Of a stretch of 64,000 bases of DNA, positions 23,436-35,921 are shown in pieces. Source of the DNA: Podarcis tiliguerta. Taxonomy: Eukaryota. The stretch is from the NCBI GenBank assembly GCA_965153285.1, contig OZ229113.1; one strand, given 5' to 3'. Under the pieces are notes generated by a model. That model worked only from the letters and a program-made list of their open reading frames with translations, was not told the origin of the DNA and made no database searches. The stretch's first letter is position 1. Each line of letters opens with the position of its first letter. A program made the position numbers and the translations under genes.

Positions 23436-23790
23436 GGGACGCGGGTGGCGCTGTGGGTTAAAGCCTCAGTGCCTAGGGCTTGCCGATCGAAAGGTCGGCG
23501 GTTCGAATCCCCGCGGCGGGGTGCACTCCCGCTGTTCGGTCCCAGCGCCTGCCAACCTAGCAGTTCGAAAGCACCCCTGGGTGCAAGTAGATAAATAGGG
23601 ACCGCTTACTAGCGGAAAGGTAAACGGCATTTCCGTGTGCGGCTCTGGCTCGCCAGAGCAGCGATGTCACGCTGGCCACGTGACCCGGAAGTGTCTTCAG
23701 ACAGCGCTGGCCCCCGGCCTCTTGAGTGAGATGGGCGCACAACCCTAGAGTCTATCAAGACTGGCCCGTACGGGCAGGGGTACCTTTACC
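23436..23790 (+). mobile_element. Sauria SINE, full length
   Basis: Head GGGACGCGGGTGGCGC, B-box GGTTCGAATCC, ACCTTT tail, 18-bp TSD TATAGTATAACATATTTT. Confidence 0.96.
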
Positions 23791-23847
23791 TATAGTATAA
23801 CATATTTTGTATGTATCTATTTTACTGTTTTTATTGACTGAGTATAT

Positions 23848-24544
23848 TGTTATAGGAATTCTAAGGTCTCAAATATAGAATAAATGTTGATAATTGCACA
23901 AGGTAAACACACATACATAAGTATATAAACCATGTATAAAACAGTACAAGAGAGCAATCCAAAAACCCTCTTGGCTCTCCTGAAGACTTATTTCCTCTGC
24001 CTCCTTAATCCGCCTTGCCTGAGAACATGTAGGCAGATAGCAATCAGGGGAAGTTCCTGAAGGGATTCCTCTCCTATATCTAGGAACTTCCTTTGTATTA
24101 ATTGCCATTGTTTGCCCAGATGCTCTGCATTGAGGGATAGCTGACCGGCATCCTGATTGTCTTACAAATGCTATTTTTTTGTGTAAACTGTGTCTGGAAC
24201 TATGTAAAACTTGCCAGTTCCTCAGGAATATCGCACCTTGGCCTGCCTGAGCCACAGTAACCCCACCTTGTGTGTGATGTAATTTCTGACTGTTTGTAGA
24301 GGCAATGTCCTTCTCCATGCCAAAATGCAAACCCTTAAAAGAGATGTTTCTTCTTGGTTCCGGGTCTCTCTTGCCTCCTTGCTAGGAGGGGAGGGAACTC
24401 TGTTGCAACAGAAAAATAAAGATCGGTCTTGCTTTCACCTCATCCTGTCTCCATCCATTCATCTCTGAGTTATCATGGACATGGGGACTCAGTCCCTTGG
24501 GGAGTTGAGCAGCAAAAGCCAACCACCCCTATTTTTCTATATCA
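23848..24544 (+). mobile_element. solo ERV-like LTR
   Basis: Inverted termini TGTTATAG...CTATATCA; AATAAA at 24415-24420; flanks ATAT/ATGT (4-bp TSD with one mismatch). Confidence 0.7.
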
Positions 24545-24639
24545 ATGTAAATATCCTGATTGGCTAACAAGCAGTAAATCTGGTTTGAGTTGGACTAATT
24601 TAACGCTGTTTAAGTGGACTTGTGGATTTCACTCTATCA

Positions 24640-24950
24640 TTCACTTTCAGCATTGTGAAAAATATGTGCCTTTCATATGCAATCCTCCTTCTTTGCATGC
24701 AGTATGTTTCACATTTATTAATCAAAACCTGAATGCTTCTCTTATCTGCATTGTCATCATCAAACTGAAAGGGATCAAATACTGCTGTCGCTTCTTTACC
24801 TGCCACACGAAGAACAAGCACTCACTGAAGTCTCTCTTATCTTCCTTATCTGCTCCACTTACAAGAGAGTGCAATTCAAACTCTAGTCTCCACCTTATCC
24901 AGTTCTCTGCTGCCTTTTCTTCAAACATTTTGCAGGAGTGTTTAGCTGGG
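24640..24950 (-). pseudogene. decayed Ty3/Gypsy gag N-terminus
   Basis: AENWIRWRLEFELHSLVSGADKED, frameshift, then LRVAGKEATAVFDPF..KCETYC..RRIAYERHIFFT, matching the Gypsy gag pattern NWxxWxxxFEL..LLHVAG..FEEYC..N..YERHxFF. Confidence 0.8.
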
Positions 24951-25409
24951 TATTTTTTCTTTTTTATCATTTGCTGCTTTACTTTCAGTTTCTCTTCTAA
25001 CACCATATAATCTTTGCTGCAAACTTTGCAAAGCAATGACGCAGTAGGCTGAAGTGCAGGACACAGATAAACTTCTTACTACAACGAAACTAAAAATGGC
25101 TGCCACTCTAGACATCAGTTCTCTTCAGGTTTTCCAGAGAACAGTATCACTCATACAACCACACACATTTGGGTTCCCAAGTTAACTAGACAGGAGCTCA
25201 AAGGGCTTGCCGTTTTTGCCATGTACAAATTCAGATGTCAAAGGGAGACTCAGATGAAAACATCAGAGAGGGAGAACAGAAACGTAGAGGCAGACAACTA
25301 AAATGTAGAAGTCAATGTCAAGATAGTTAGAGTAATGTCCCCATGTCCCCAGCTAGGGGAGTCAGTGTGGACAGCAATAAACATCATTAGCTGTGGGAGG
25401 AAAATTAGC

Positions 25410-25730
25410 AAAACTGGCAGCTTTATTCTCATGAGACGTTTCTAAAGCCTTGGATAGATTGGCGTGCGGATGTCTGGTACAACTGTTAGGTAGTCAGAAC
25501 ATGGCAAAAGGCTAGTGAACTGAAATACACAAATTTACACAATCTATAGCAGTTATCGGGCAAATGGATTGGATACAATACTGACTGATAACATGTAGAG
25601 GGATATGGCAGGGTTGCTCCTTGTGGTCTTTGCTGTGCAACAGCAACTGAAGCAGTAACAAAAATAAGTCCCTCAAATAGAAGGGCAAAGTTTACAGAGT
25701 GAATTTATGTGCAGAGGGCATTTCCTTAAA
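25410..25730 (+). mobile_element. L1-clade RT remnant
   Basis: AALFS*DVSKALDRL (cf. DAEKAFDR), RGIWQGCSL (cf. RGTRQGCPL), VNLCAEGI (cf. LYADD), in the expected order. Confidence 0.65.
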
Positions 25731-25999
25731 GTTGTGGCACCGTAAAAAAGCAATCTCCCTTTGTAAATAGAGTCAACTCTCAGAGAGATAGAGGAAACAA
25801 GGATACTTTCCCCCCACCAGACATTTGGCTGAAGAGGGTTTCTTTTTTACTCTTTTGTTTTGCTGATCTGCTGTTCTGTTGTTTGCTGAATCACTTATGT
25901 AATCTTATGGTTTTATTAGTTTTTTTTTTGTTTTTTTTTGTATTTCACACACACATACACATATACAAAAACTTGTTTGTTTGGAGTTTTAGAAGCCTT

Positions 26000-26291
26000 G
26001 GAGAGGATCTACACTGATGGTTTGTAACATTAAGAAAGAGTTAAAGAATGATTTTCAAAATGTAAGGGTCACATTACATTTTGCTAAGAACATTAATAAT
26101 GCATTATTAAAATGTGGCACCAGAGGGTGCTGCAGAGCAACCAAGAACCAGGCAGTAAGCGAAACTGCTGTTATGGAGGAACAACGTTAAGGTAATAAAC
26201 TTTTTTTTTTAGCGGTATGCCCTGTGACATTTTAGAACGATATAGCTAATATCGTTCTAATAATGTTAAAAAGGTCAGTGTAGATCCAGCC
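26000..26291. mobile_element. PIF/Harbinger-like MITE
   Basis: Inverted termini GGATCTACACTGA / TCAGTGTAGATCC(AGCC). Confidence 0.55.
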
Positions 26292-26436
26292 TTGGGTTCC
26301 ATAGCAAAGGAAAGATGGAGCCTAAGTCTGAATAAATAACTGAAATAATGTAAATATGGTGCAAAGTTGTGCTCATTATGTTTATTATGAAATAATACCT
26401 TATAGCTACAGAAAGCCATTAAAAATAAAACATATA

Positions 26437-26662
26437 CAGTGGTACCTCAGGTTAAGAACTTAATTCGTCCTGGAGGTCCGTTCTTAACCTGAAACTGTTC
26501 TTAACCTGAAGCACCACTTTACCTAATGGGGCCTCCCCCCGCTGCCGTGCCGCCACCTTGTGATTTCTGTTCTCATCCTGAAGCAAAGTTCTTAACCTGA
26601 GGTACTATTTCTGGGTTAGCGAAGTCTGTAACCTGAAGCGTCTGTAACCCGAGGTACCACTG
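26437..26662. mobile_element. Tigger/pogo-like MITE
   Basis: CAGTGGTACCTCAGG...CCGAGGTACCACTG; TA flanks. Confidence 0.92.
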
Positions 26663-26679
26663 TACACAAAAAAATTTGT

Positions 26680-27364
26680 GTGTAAGGAAACATCCTGTAT
26701 GCAGGTATCAGTGCACGTAAGAAAAAAAATTAATTTTATTTTTTATCATCTACAATACTGTCTTATTTATTTTATAGTACAGTACATTTATTATTGGGAC
26801 GCGGGTGGCGCTGTGGGTAAAAACTCAGTGCCTAGGACTTGCCGATCGTATGGTCGGCAGTTCGAATCCCCGCGGCGGGGTGAGCTCCCATCGTTCGGTC
26901 CCAGCTCCTGCCCACCTGGCAGTTCGAAAGCACCCTTAAGTGCAAGTAGATAAATAGGGACCACTTATTAGCGGGAAGGTAAATGGCGTTCCATGTGCTG
27001 CGCTGGCTCGCCAGATGCAGCTTGTCACGCTGGCCACGTGACCCGGAAGTGTCTCCGGACAGCGCCGGCTCACGGCCTCTAGAGCGAGATGAGCACGCAA
27101 CCCTAGAGTCGGACACGACTGGCCCGTACGGGCGGGGTACCTTTACCTTTACATTTATTATTGCTTTCATTTTATGGATCAATGGTCTCATTAGATAGTA
27201 AAATTCATGTTAAATTGCTGTTTTAGGGGTTGTTTTTAAAAGTCTGGAATGGATTAATCCATTTTGCATCACTTTCTATGGGAAAGCGTGCCTTGGTTTG
27301 GGAACGCTTTGGTTTTGAAATAGACTTCCGAAATGGATTAAGTTTGAGAACCGAGGTGCCATGG
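26680..27364. mobile_element. older Tigger-like element fragment interrupted by a SINE
   Basis: Right end TTTGAGAACCGAGGTGCCATGG-TA resembles the TIR; sequence rejoins across the SINE TSD. Confidence 0.6.
26797..27150 (+). mobile_element. Sauria SINE, full length
   Basis: Canonical head and tail; TSD ACATTTATTATTG. Confidence 0.95.
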
Positions 27365-29149
27365 TATAGCTTTGAACATAGAAACAAAGCAACATGGAAC
27401 AGAGCTCTCTTTTCCAGTATTATAACAATGACCACAAATTGAAACTTTATGCCCCCAATTGAGCAATACTGGAAATATTCAGTTTGCCACTGGGATTAGA
27501 GGTTGCACACTCCTGTATTCAGTTGCCTTGATCTTCAAGGCTCTGTGGACTGCTGTTTCTGCTGCTTCCTATTTCTGTATTCTCTTTTACCGAATCACTG
27601 GGTTGGACTATATTTGCCACCAACCCCTATGTTTAAAAAAGCAATTCAGCATAGGGGTGGCTGAAGAACGAACTGGAAGACAAAACCAGCTGTGCAAATG
27701 GTATGTCTGGCATACCAGTGAGTCCCCAGCTGAATTGAAGCCAATAAGTCTACTTGACATTAAATTTCCTTTATTGTTATACAGCATATTCCATAGGAAT
27801 AAAATGAAATTTTTACAGACAGTTATTTAGCTTTGATTTCTAGACTGATATCAAATAAGCTTGGCTGCAGCCATGACAGCCTGTGGAATTTTAATTGCCT
27901 ATTTAATACAGTGTAAATTTCAAGCTGTCAGACTAGCAATTAGCTGAAGTACAGGTTAAAAGTAGTTCAAAATGCCTGAGGGCTAACATAATCAAGATTA
28001 TATTTTTTAACACAAATGAGCAAAAACTACCGCTTTCTCGAGATGTGTGGTTAATTTACCACATCAATACAAATATAGGAAACACTTTAATGCTCCTATC
28101 TCCTTTCTAATTAATTGTTACAACTGCTTATCCTACTTCTTGCTCTACCTTGCTATTCCCCTTTATGAACCAATGTGGTTGGCTATTCCAGTGTATGAAG
28201 CTGCTAGGGGTTTTATTCTGGCATTGCCTCTCTTCCTGTACTTCAGATACACAACTTTGGAATGGCAACAACTTCACAACACAACTTTTTTAAAAAAACA
28301 AAAACAACCACACACTTATTTATAATCAGCAGTGTGCTGCTGATATTTTACAAATCACAAGACCTGATACAATCATTGGCCTGTAACAGTAGTCAATAAC
28401 ACAGAAAGCAGAAGTAAAGAAAAAGGGCAGAGGTTTGACAGAAGATTTACAAAGAGGTGAGTAGAAGCAGCAGATGATGGTGTAGGTTTGGCAGATTTAT
28501 GGTAACCAGTCATGAGGATAATTTTTAAATGAGTGTTGATAAAAAGCAGATTGTCTTATGCAAGTTAAAGTTAGGAGGGGAGGAAAATGCACACACGACA
28601 ACTAGGTTTGAAATGTTCCAAAGGCTTGATTTGTAGATCTGAAGTTGCAAAGCTATGCAAAATACTACATTCAGGTCAGCTCTCTGGTTATATTTTCAAT
28701 CTTCAACTCCAAAGGAGATGAAACACGGATGGTATATAAACAGTTAAGACACAGAGTTGTATCCAATGCTCTGCATGTGTAATTCCACAGGCACAATAAG
28801 ACTTCCGTTCTTTCCTCCCCTCACATGTCCCCCAAATCTGTTCTCATGGTTCCCCCAACAGGAAACTGTTATGCACACAGAAAGCCATTGTTCCAGTGGA
28901 GCTACTGTGCTGGATATGGCCCATGTAGCTCAGGTTCCTCATTAGAATGCAGGAAGGTAAAGGTTAAAGATAAAGCTAATTACCTTGTTGGTGAAAGGAA
29001 ACTTGTTTTGTTCCACTTTGCCAGGTGTGTGAATAGCAGAAAGTGGCGGAGGCCATGAATGGGTCATTTCCTTAAAAAAAAGAAGAGATTTCAAAATTAT
29101 ATTTAATATAATTTAATAAACCATATATAATAAAGACACCACAGTCTCC

Positions 29150-29545
29150 ACTGTGCCTCATTTCCAAAGGAAACACAAACCCTGGGTAAACACCTCAACC
29201 CCTGGAATCTCACACTCCTGTGGAGTTTGAGAAGGCGTGGCAACATGAGAATGGCCCTTTTTTTTGCAGTGGCTCCCCCCTTGTGGAATGCTCTCCCCAG
29301 GGAGGTTCGCCCGGCGCCTTCATTATACACCTTTAGGCACCAGACAAAAATGTTCCTCTTTAACCAGGCCTTTGAGTGACTGTCATCCAATGCCCTTTTA
29401 AAATGTTTTTTTTTTCCCCGGGGGGGGGGGGTTCTGTTTTTATTTGGGTTATGTATTCTGTTGTTTTATATTGTAATTTTATCCTGTGAACTGCCCTGAG
29501 ACCTGTGGGTACAGGGGGAAATATTTATTATTATCAATTATTATT
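29150..29545 (+). mobile_element. L2 LINE 3' end
   Basis: AVAPPLWNALP..KMFLFNQAF C-terminal motif, TGTGAACTGCCCTGAG 3' motif, AT-rich tail. Confidence 0.7.
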
Positions 29546-30029
29546 AATTATTATTATTTCCAGTAAAATATGCAACAGCCTTTTGTCAGTTGATTAGCCT
29601 GACACACAATCTTGAAATAATAAACAGAGGAAAAACTATTTAAAGATTGTGAGTTATGACTGTTACCTTTAATCACTCTTTGATAAAAAGTTTATTTTTA
29701 TTTTATTGGGGGCTACAAATGTTAAACAGTTTATTAGTCACATGTCACCTCTGTGGGTGCCTTTAAATCAGAAAATCATTTAGCTTGCAATCTAAACTGT
29801 TTTCTCATTCACTTATCTCTAGTAAAATTCTTCATCTTCTAATTCTTCTTATAACTCTCATCTGATAAAGAATAAGATGCAAGTAATCTTCAGGTATTTC
29901 TAAAACCACACAGTAAAAGCCTTTCAACACAGACCTTGTTCAGATTCTGTTTTTCCCCAGGATTTTGCCCAGGGAGAGATCAGATTCGACCTAAGATTTA
30001 TTAATTTACCGGTAATCCTCTAATTGTAA

Positions 30030-30675
30030 AAAGGTAAAGGGACCACAAGGGACGCGGGTGGCGCTGTGGGTTAAGGCCTCAGCGCCTAGGGCTTGCCGAT
30101 CGAAAGGTCGGCGGTTCGAATCCCTGCAGCGGGGTGCGCTCCTGCTGTTCGGTCCCAGCGCCTGCCAACCTAGCAGTTCGAAAGCACTCCCGGGTGCAAG
30201 TAGATAAATAGGGACCGCTTACTAGCGGGAAGGTAAACGGCGTTTCCGTGTGCAGCTCTGGCTCGCCAGAGCAGCGATGTCACGCTGGCCACGTGACCCG
30301 GAAGTGTCTTCGGACAGCGCTCGCCCCCGGCCTCTTTGAGATGGGCGCACAACCCTAGAGTCTGGCAAGACTGCCCCGTACGGGCAGGGGTACCTTTACC
30401 TTTACCTTTACCTAAAGGGACCACAGACAGTTAAGTCCAGTCGTGAACAACTCTGGGGTTGTGGCGCTCCTCTCGCTTTGCAGGCCAAGGGAGCCAGCAT
30501 TTGTTAATTAATCTACTAATCTACTTGAACTTTTTGGCATGCTTTCAAACTGCTAGGTTGGCAGGAGTTGGAACCGAGTGACAGGAGCTCACCCCATCAG
30601 GGGGACTCGAACCGCTAACCTTTTGATCGGCAAGCCCAAGGCTCAGTGGTTTAGACCACAGTACCACCCACTTCC
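30030..30675 (-). mobile_element. older Sauria SINE interrupted by a younger copy
   Basis: Tail AAAGGTAAAGGG at left, head at right; TSD CCTCTAATTGTAA (30017-30029, 30675-30687). Confidence 0.85.
30048..30412 (+). mobile_element. Sauria SINE, full length, nested
   Basis: Canonical head and tail; TSD TAAAGGGACCACA (30035-30047, 30413-30425). Confidence 0.95.
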
Positions 30676-31794
30676 CTCTAATTGTAATAAGAAGTAAATC
30701 AGGACATGCTATGATCAACATCTCCCTGGCCCTTGGAAATCTTTCTAGAGTGGGCTGGGGAACTTACAAACCTCCATAAGTTGCTGGACCACGCACCATC
30801 AGTTCTTGATTACTGGCTGGGGGATGTAATCCAACAAAATCTGGATGTGACTCATTCATTTTCAAGAGGACTTAACCTTTCTGGGTCAGTCATTCAGTAC
30901 TTTCATGAAGAATGGTACATCCAAAATCTGCTATGCTTTTTATTAGAACCCCAATGTCCACCAACTTACACCAGCAGGTACCATACAGCTGCTTTGGGGC
31001 AAAGTCACACTGAAGTGAATTAAGGAGTATAGTACCTCTGAGCACAAGCCTAACCAGTGCAGGAATTGCTTTAAGTACCAGGAATGTGTTTGCCACTCAT
31101 TTATACAAAAGAAATCCCCCTGCCGGTTTTCTCCCCTAAGCTTTCTTAATTAGAATTTAGCCTAATTTCGAAGAAGAAAATAGTCTTTTAGTTGCAAATC
31201 ACCCAGAGGTCTACTAGTAGATACAAATCTGTCTTCTTCCCACCCCTGATGTAAACAGCTGTTTTCCAAGAGCTCAGCAACTGGGTTAAAGTACCTTCTA
31301 GAATAATTACATATTTATTTAATTTAATTTATATACTGCTCTTCATCCGAAGATCACAGGGCGGTTTAGAACGCAGGGTACTTTTATAATAAATCCATCT
31401 CCTCCTGCCCCTAAAACAGATTAGAAGGAAAAGAATTGATTGTGTTCCTCTGTTGCATCTCAGTATCTATTTAGAAACTAAGTGCTTAAACAAAAGCAGT
31501 GGGCTATGTGATGAGACAATTGTCTGAACAGTGGCCCAGCTCAGGCAAACTGAGATTATTTGATTAATCAAGGTACAATCTTTATTGGTGCACTGGCCTT
31601 ATTCCTCCAAGAACTGTGGATTCTAATTCCTTTGCTATGCAAAGCTAATACAGTTTGTTTCCTGGATAAAACTAACAGCAGACTGGAACAAGTGGCTAAT
31701 GAAGATAAATGGACGACTCTTGGGAATGAGGAAAGAGACTGTGCGGAAAAGAGCTAAGATAATTCAGGTCCAGATCTCTGTAGATAAAATAAAT

Positions 31795-31796
31795 AA

Positions 31797-31850
<54 letters not shown>
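31795..31850. repeat. (AAT)n microsatellite
   Basis: Direct observation. Confidence 0.97.
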
Positions 31851-31851
<1 letters not shown>

Positions 31852-32999
31852 GCAGCAGCTACAATAGTACATGTAGTGCATACTAACATGAATGCTATTA
31901 TTAAACTTTGCTAACTAAGCAGTTGCTATACACTGAAGATTACCTTGGACCAATTTCAAGTAACAAATATAAAAGAGAATGTGAAAAACCGTAAAGAACA
32001 TGATATGAGACTGTCTGTTTTCCAGAACATGACAGATGGCAGAATATATGCGGACAGAAGAGGAATGGAAAAAATGTTCAGTGTTTCCAAATCAGCCAGA
32101 GTTGCCAAGAAAATGTTTCCAGGTTGGCAGACAGTTAAAAACATACATTAATGGGGAAATCTAGTAACAATGAAGAAAATTTATATGACATTGTTTATAT
32201 CTGCAACAGAGATGACTTTTGGTATGGTTTTTTTAGGTTGAAAGGTACAATAAAATGAAAGCACAACCTGTTGCCCATAAAGCAAAAACAATTTTAAATA
32301 AGTTGAACCATTACATGTGTAACAGCAAATAAGGCATCTGCAGTAGCCTTTACATTTTTGGTGCTAAAATATTTGAACAAGGTCATATTGGGATTAATTT
32401 CATTCTAGATCTGGGCCACTGGGTGCTTTTACATGCATTCATTTAGTGCTGAAATAAGAAGTACAGCACAGAGTTCAATATATAGTTATTAGCGTTAAAA
32501 TAAAATGGCAACATTTAGTCTCCACCAGATGAAATATGAAGGAGTTGGGTTAACAACAACAACAAAATGTGAAAAAATAGGTTATTAGGATGTGCCACCT
32601 ATCAACTAAAGCACAAGATGCCATTTATGAATCAAGATCGAACTATGGTTCAGATTCTGGTTTGAAGGGCAAAGCACAGTTTGCTGCATTTGAACACAAT
32701 GACAAACGGCTGGTTGTCTCTTCCCTTTACATGTGGAGGAGGAAGAGGAAATGAAAGGCTGCACACAACCAAGGTTCATGGCTGCTTGTACACAAGACAA
32801 GAAACCATGGTTTGCTGTCACATCTAAATATCCAATTTCATCGCCTCTCCTACAATTTGGAATGAGGTTTTACGTGTGGTTTAGATGAAGACTTTTGAAG
32901 AATGCATATTAATTATGACAAATAGGATATCCACATGAAATTTAGCTTCCATTATTTTGTTATGTGATAGTATCATTACCCAAAAATGTTGGAACTGCC

Positions 33000-33129
33000 A
33001 AAATTGTAACCATGGGCTACAAGTTTTTCAGTCTTAATAGTTCTTCTTAGTTAAATGAAAAATGAAAATTGTAACCATGGGCTACAAGTTTTTCAGTCTT
33101 AATAGTTCTTCTTAGTTAAATGAAAAATG
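33000..33129. repeat. perfect 65-bp tandem duplication
   Basis: AAAATTGTAACCATGGGCTAC...AAATGAAAAATG occurs twice, head to tail. Confidence 0.95.
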
Positions 33130-34639
33130 AAAAAAAACACAGAAGTTTGGAGTAAACTGTGGTCATGTTCATCACAATAGTCAAGTACAGAAGTGAAATA
33201 TAGTTTTTCCTTCTCTATTACACCATTTGTTCTTAGCTTGATGCTACAGGTATGTGTTACAGGCTTGGCTGTAACATTTGGTACAGCTACGTATAAGCTT
33301 CATACAATTTTTTATAAAGGCATTTAACATACCTACACTGAAATAATGGAACAAGGCAGATTATATTTGCTATTAAGGTATCGCCAGGACCTTTTCAGTG
33401 TACAGTAGTTACCTGTAGAGAATTCAAAACGCTATATGAAAACTCCTTCCTTAAAATTATTTTCATCCTGCTGTAACAATACAACAATCAATTTGGCCAG
33501 TATGAGAAGGGTGGGGGGGGGGTTACAGAGAGATGGCAAGGGCACAAAAGGAAAAGTTTAGAATCAAACTGATGGAACTTAAAGTACACACCAGCAAATG
33601 GCTCTGTTAAAAGTATCTTTATGAGTGTTCGTGTTTAAGACTTCTCGGTGACTTGAAATCCACTGTGCCAGATGGTAAACTCATCTTGGGATATTAGTGT
33701 GTGGAAAAACACTTTCCTTCTCACACATTCTTCTTCGCTGATACATAAAGGTTTTGCACACAGTAACAGAGTGTGAATTAAGCCTGTGTTGTCTTTCTGC
33801 CTACAGAATAAGCGGTACGAGTGCAATCAACTAGTCTTCAATTTATGTATCTGATCCTGTAATTAGAAATTGTTTAGTAACCCTTGCAAACTAGGCGCTT
33901 TTAAATACTTGGCTGATCATTTAGGCCAGCTAGATAGTCTTGACTTGGATAAGACGTGAAAGTAGAGTTGCTGCTAACTTCTTAAACTGGGTCCTTCCAC
34001 TTGGGACTCAAAGGGGAGCAGGTGGCACATTACAATGACACAAAAGGCACGCTCTTCATTTACTCTCACAACAAACAACTTCCTTTGGAATGAAACTGTT
34101 TTCTGAGCTAGAAATGGAGCAACTCCTTGTGTTTCCAAGTATAGCTACACATCAGCAACTTGTTCTCCAAAGTGACAGTAACACAGCGTTCCCTATGCTT
34201 CATCGCATGGCTTCTTCTTTTCTATGCTGCTATATGTTTGCAGGAAACTGAACATTTTTAAACAGAGTGCCAGGTTATTTTAAATTATGCTTATGTTTGA
34301 AGATAAATATTTATTTTTAACATGTTATGCAATTGTTATGCTACAGTGCTTGTGTTCATAGTCAAGAGTATTAAACCTGTAATTGCCCCCTCTCTCTTTT
34401 GTTTCATCCTTTAAAGCAATAATACTTAGCACTAACAGCATGAGTTGTCTTTTATCTGTCAATTTCAAAGCATTTTACAATCATGAATAAAGCCTCAACA
34501 TACTATTGAGGTTTCTAAGCACTATACCACCTCTCCTGGGCAAAGTGGTTTAACTTGAAATAAAGTTTGAAATATTCTTCAGTCAAATTACAAATATACA
34601 CTATTCAAAACATACATACAACTAGGTGCATTGAGCAGC

Positions 34640-35165
34640 GGCCCTCCCCCAATCAAGTAAAACAATAGAATAGAAATACTTAACTGAGCAATAGAAATAC
34701 TTAACTAAGCAATCACATCGGTTCTGCCCTCCACTAACAAAAGTCCTGCCCCCCTAACAAAGTCCTGCCCCCCCCAACAAAAACCCTGGCTATGCCCATG
34801 TCCCATGTTTGTCCAGACCTGTACATCCTTCAAGCGTCCCTGTGTTCCAGAAACAGTCCTAGATTTACAGAAGCCATCCCAGTTCCTGATTTGATCCCAG
34901 ATTGTCCCACTTTTCCTTAGAATGTCACTATTTTCATCAGAGAAATGGGAAAGGGTATGGTAGGACATCCTTCTTTTCATTGGAGCATATGGAGTTATGT
35001 GACCCCCCAAGCCAAGGAGATACATAACTATACAACTTTTAGAAGACACCTGAAGGCAACCCTGTATAGGAAAGCTTTTTAATGTTTTATTATGCTTTTA
35101 TATATGTTGGAAGCCTCCTAGAGTGGCTGGGGTGACCCAGTTAGATGGGCGGGGTATATGTAAGA
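34640..35165. mobile_element. composite of hAT-like MITE fragments and an L2-type 3' tail
   Basis: CCTGGCTATGCCCATG terminus near 34800; CTATTTTCATC..GGGTATG motif also near 35565 and 57465; L2-like tail GAAGCCTCCTAGAGTGGCTGGGG..GATGGGCGGGGTAT. Confidence 0.5.
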
Positions 35166-35680
35166 AAAACACTGGGGCCTAATTTGAATAGTAGAGTGCA
35201 TGGTATCTGGTGGGCGGGGCTTGTGTGTCTTGCTCCGGAATCAGCCGCTCCCTTCCGTGTGTGGTCAGTTAAGAACTTCAGTTAAGAGGGACCAACTGCC
35301 TGTTCTTGTTTCTTGCCTCAGACTTGCCTCATTATGTTGTTTCAGTTTCTCTCAGACATTATGTTATTTTCTTACAGTTTTATGATTAAAACTTAGTTTG
35401 CATTTATGTGAGCCACTTATTTTTCTCAAAGAAAAAGAAACTCTGCTGAAGAATGGTGGAATATCCTAAACTTGGGTGAGTGAGGGAATTTTGCCAGGAG
35501 GATTGATTTTGTTAATCATCCCCCCACCTCCACAACAGTAAATAGAATAGAATAGAATATAGGACATCCCCATTTTCACCAGAGGAATGTTGTAGGATAT
35601 CGACCTACACAAATAAACCAGACCACCTTGCCCAATAAACCAAGAAAATCATTTGCTTGCTGCCTTGCTGACTCCTTATA

Positions 35681-35921
35681 CAGTGGAACCTCGGTTTTCA
35701 AACACCTCGGCTGCCAAACATTTTAGAAGCCGAACGCCGAAAACCCAGAAGTGAATGCTTTGGATTTTGAACACACCTTGGATGTTGAACGGTTTCCACG
35801 GTGCATTTTTCCATTTTCACCATTCACTTTGATGACAGCTCTTTGATTTTCGGTTTTCGAACATTTTGGAAGTCAAACAGACTTCTGGAACAGATTATGT
35901 TCAAAAACAGAGGTTCCACTG
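35681..35921. mobile_element. Tigger/pogo-like MITE (CAGTGGAACCTC subfamily)
   Basis: TIRs CAGTGGAACCTCGGTTTT / AAAACAGAGGTTCCACTG; left TA. Confidence 0.85.

Noticed and set aside
23557-23742. Recurrent similar short ORFs (also 30170, 56391, 8341, 26832) resembling a gene family
   Set aside because: All are antisense translations of Sauria SINE copies
24429-25010. 193-aa ORF on the plus strand
   Set aside because: Antisense shadow of the Gypsy gag remnant plus the LTR end
31696-31914. Poly-Tyr and poly-Ile ORFs
   Set aside because: Translation of the (AAT)n microsatellite
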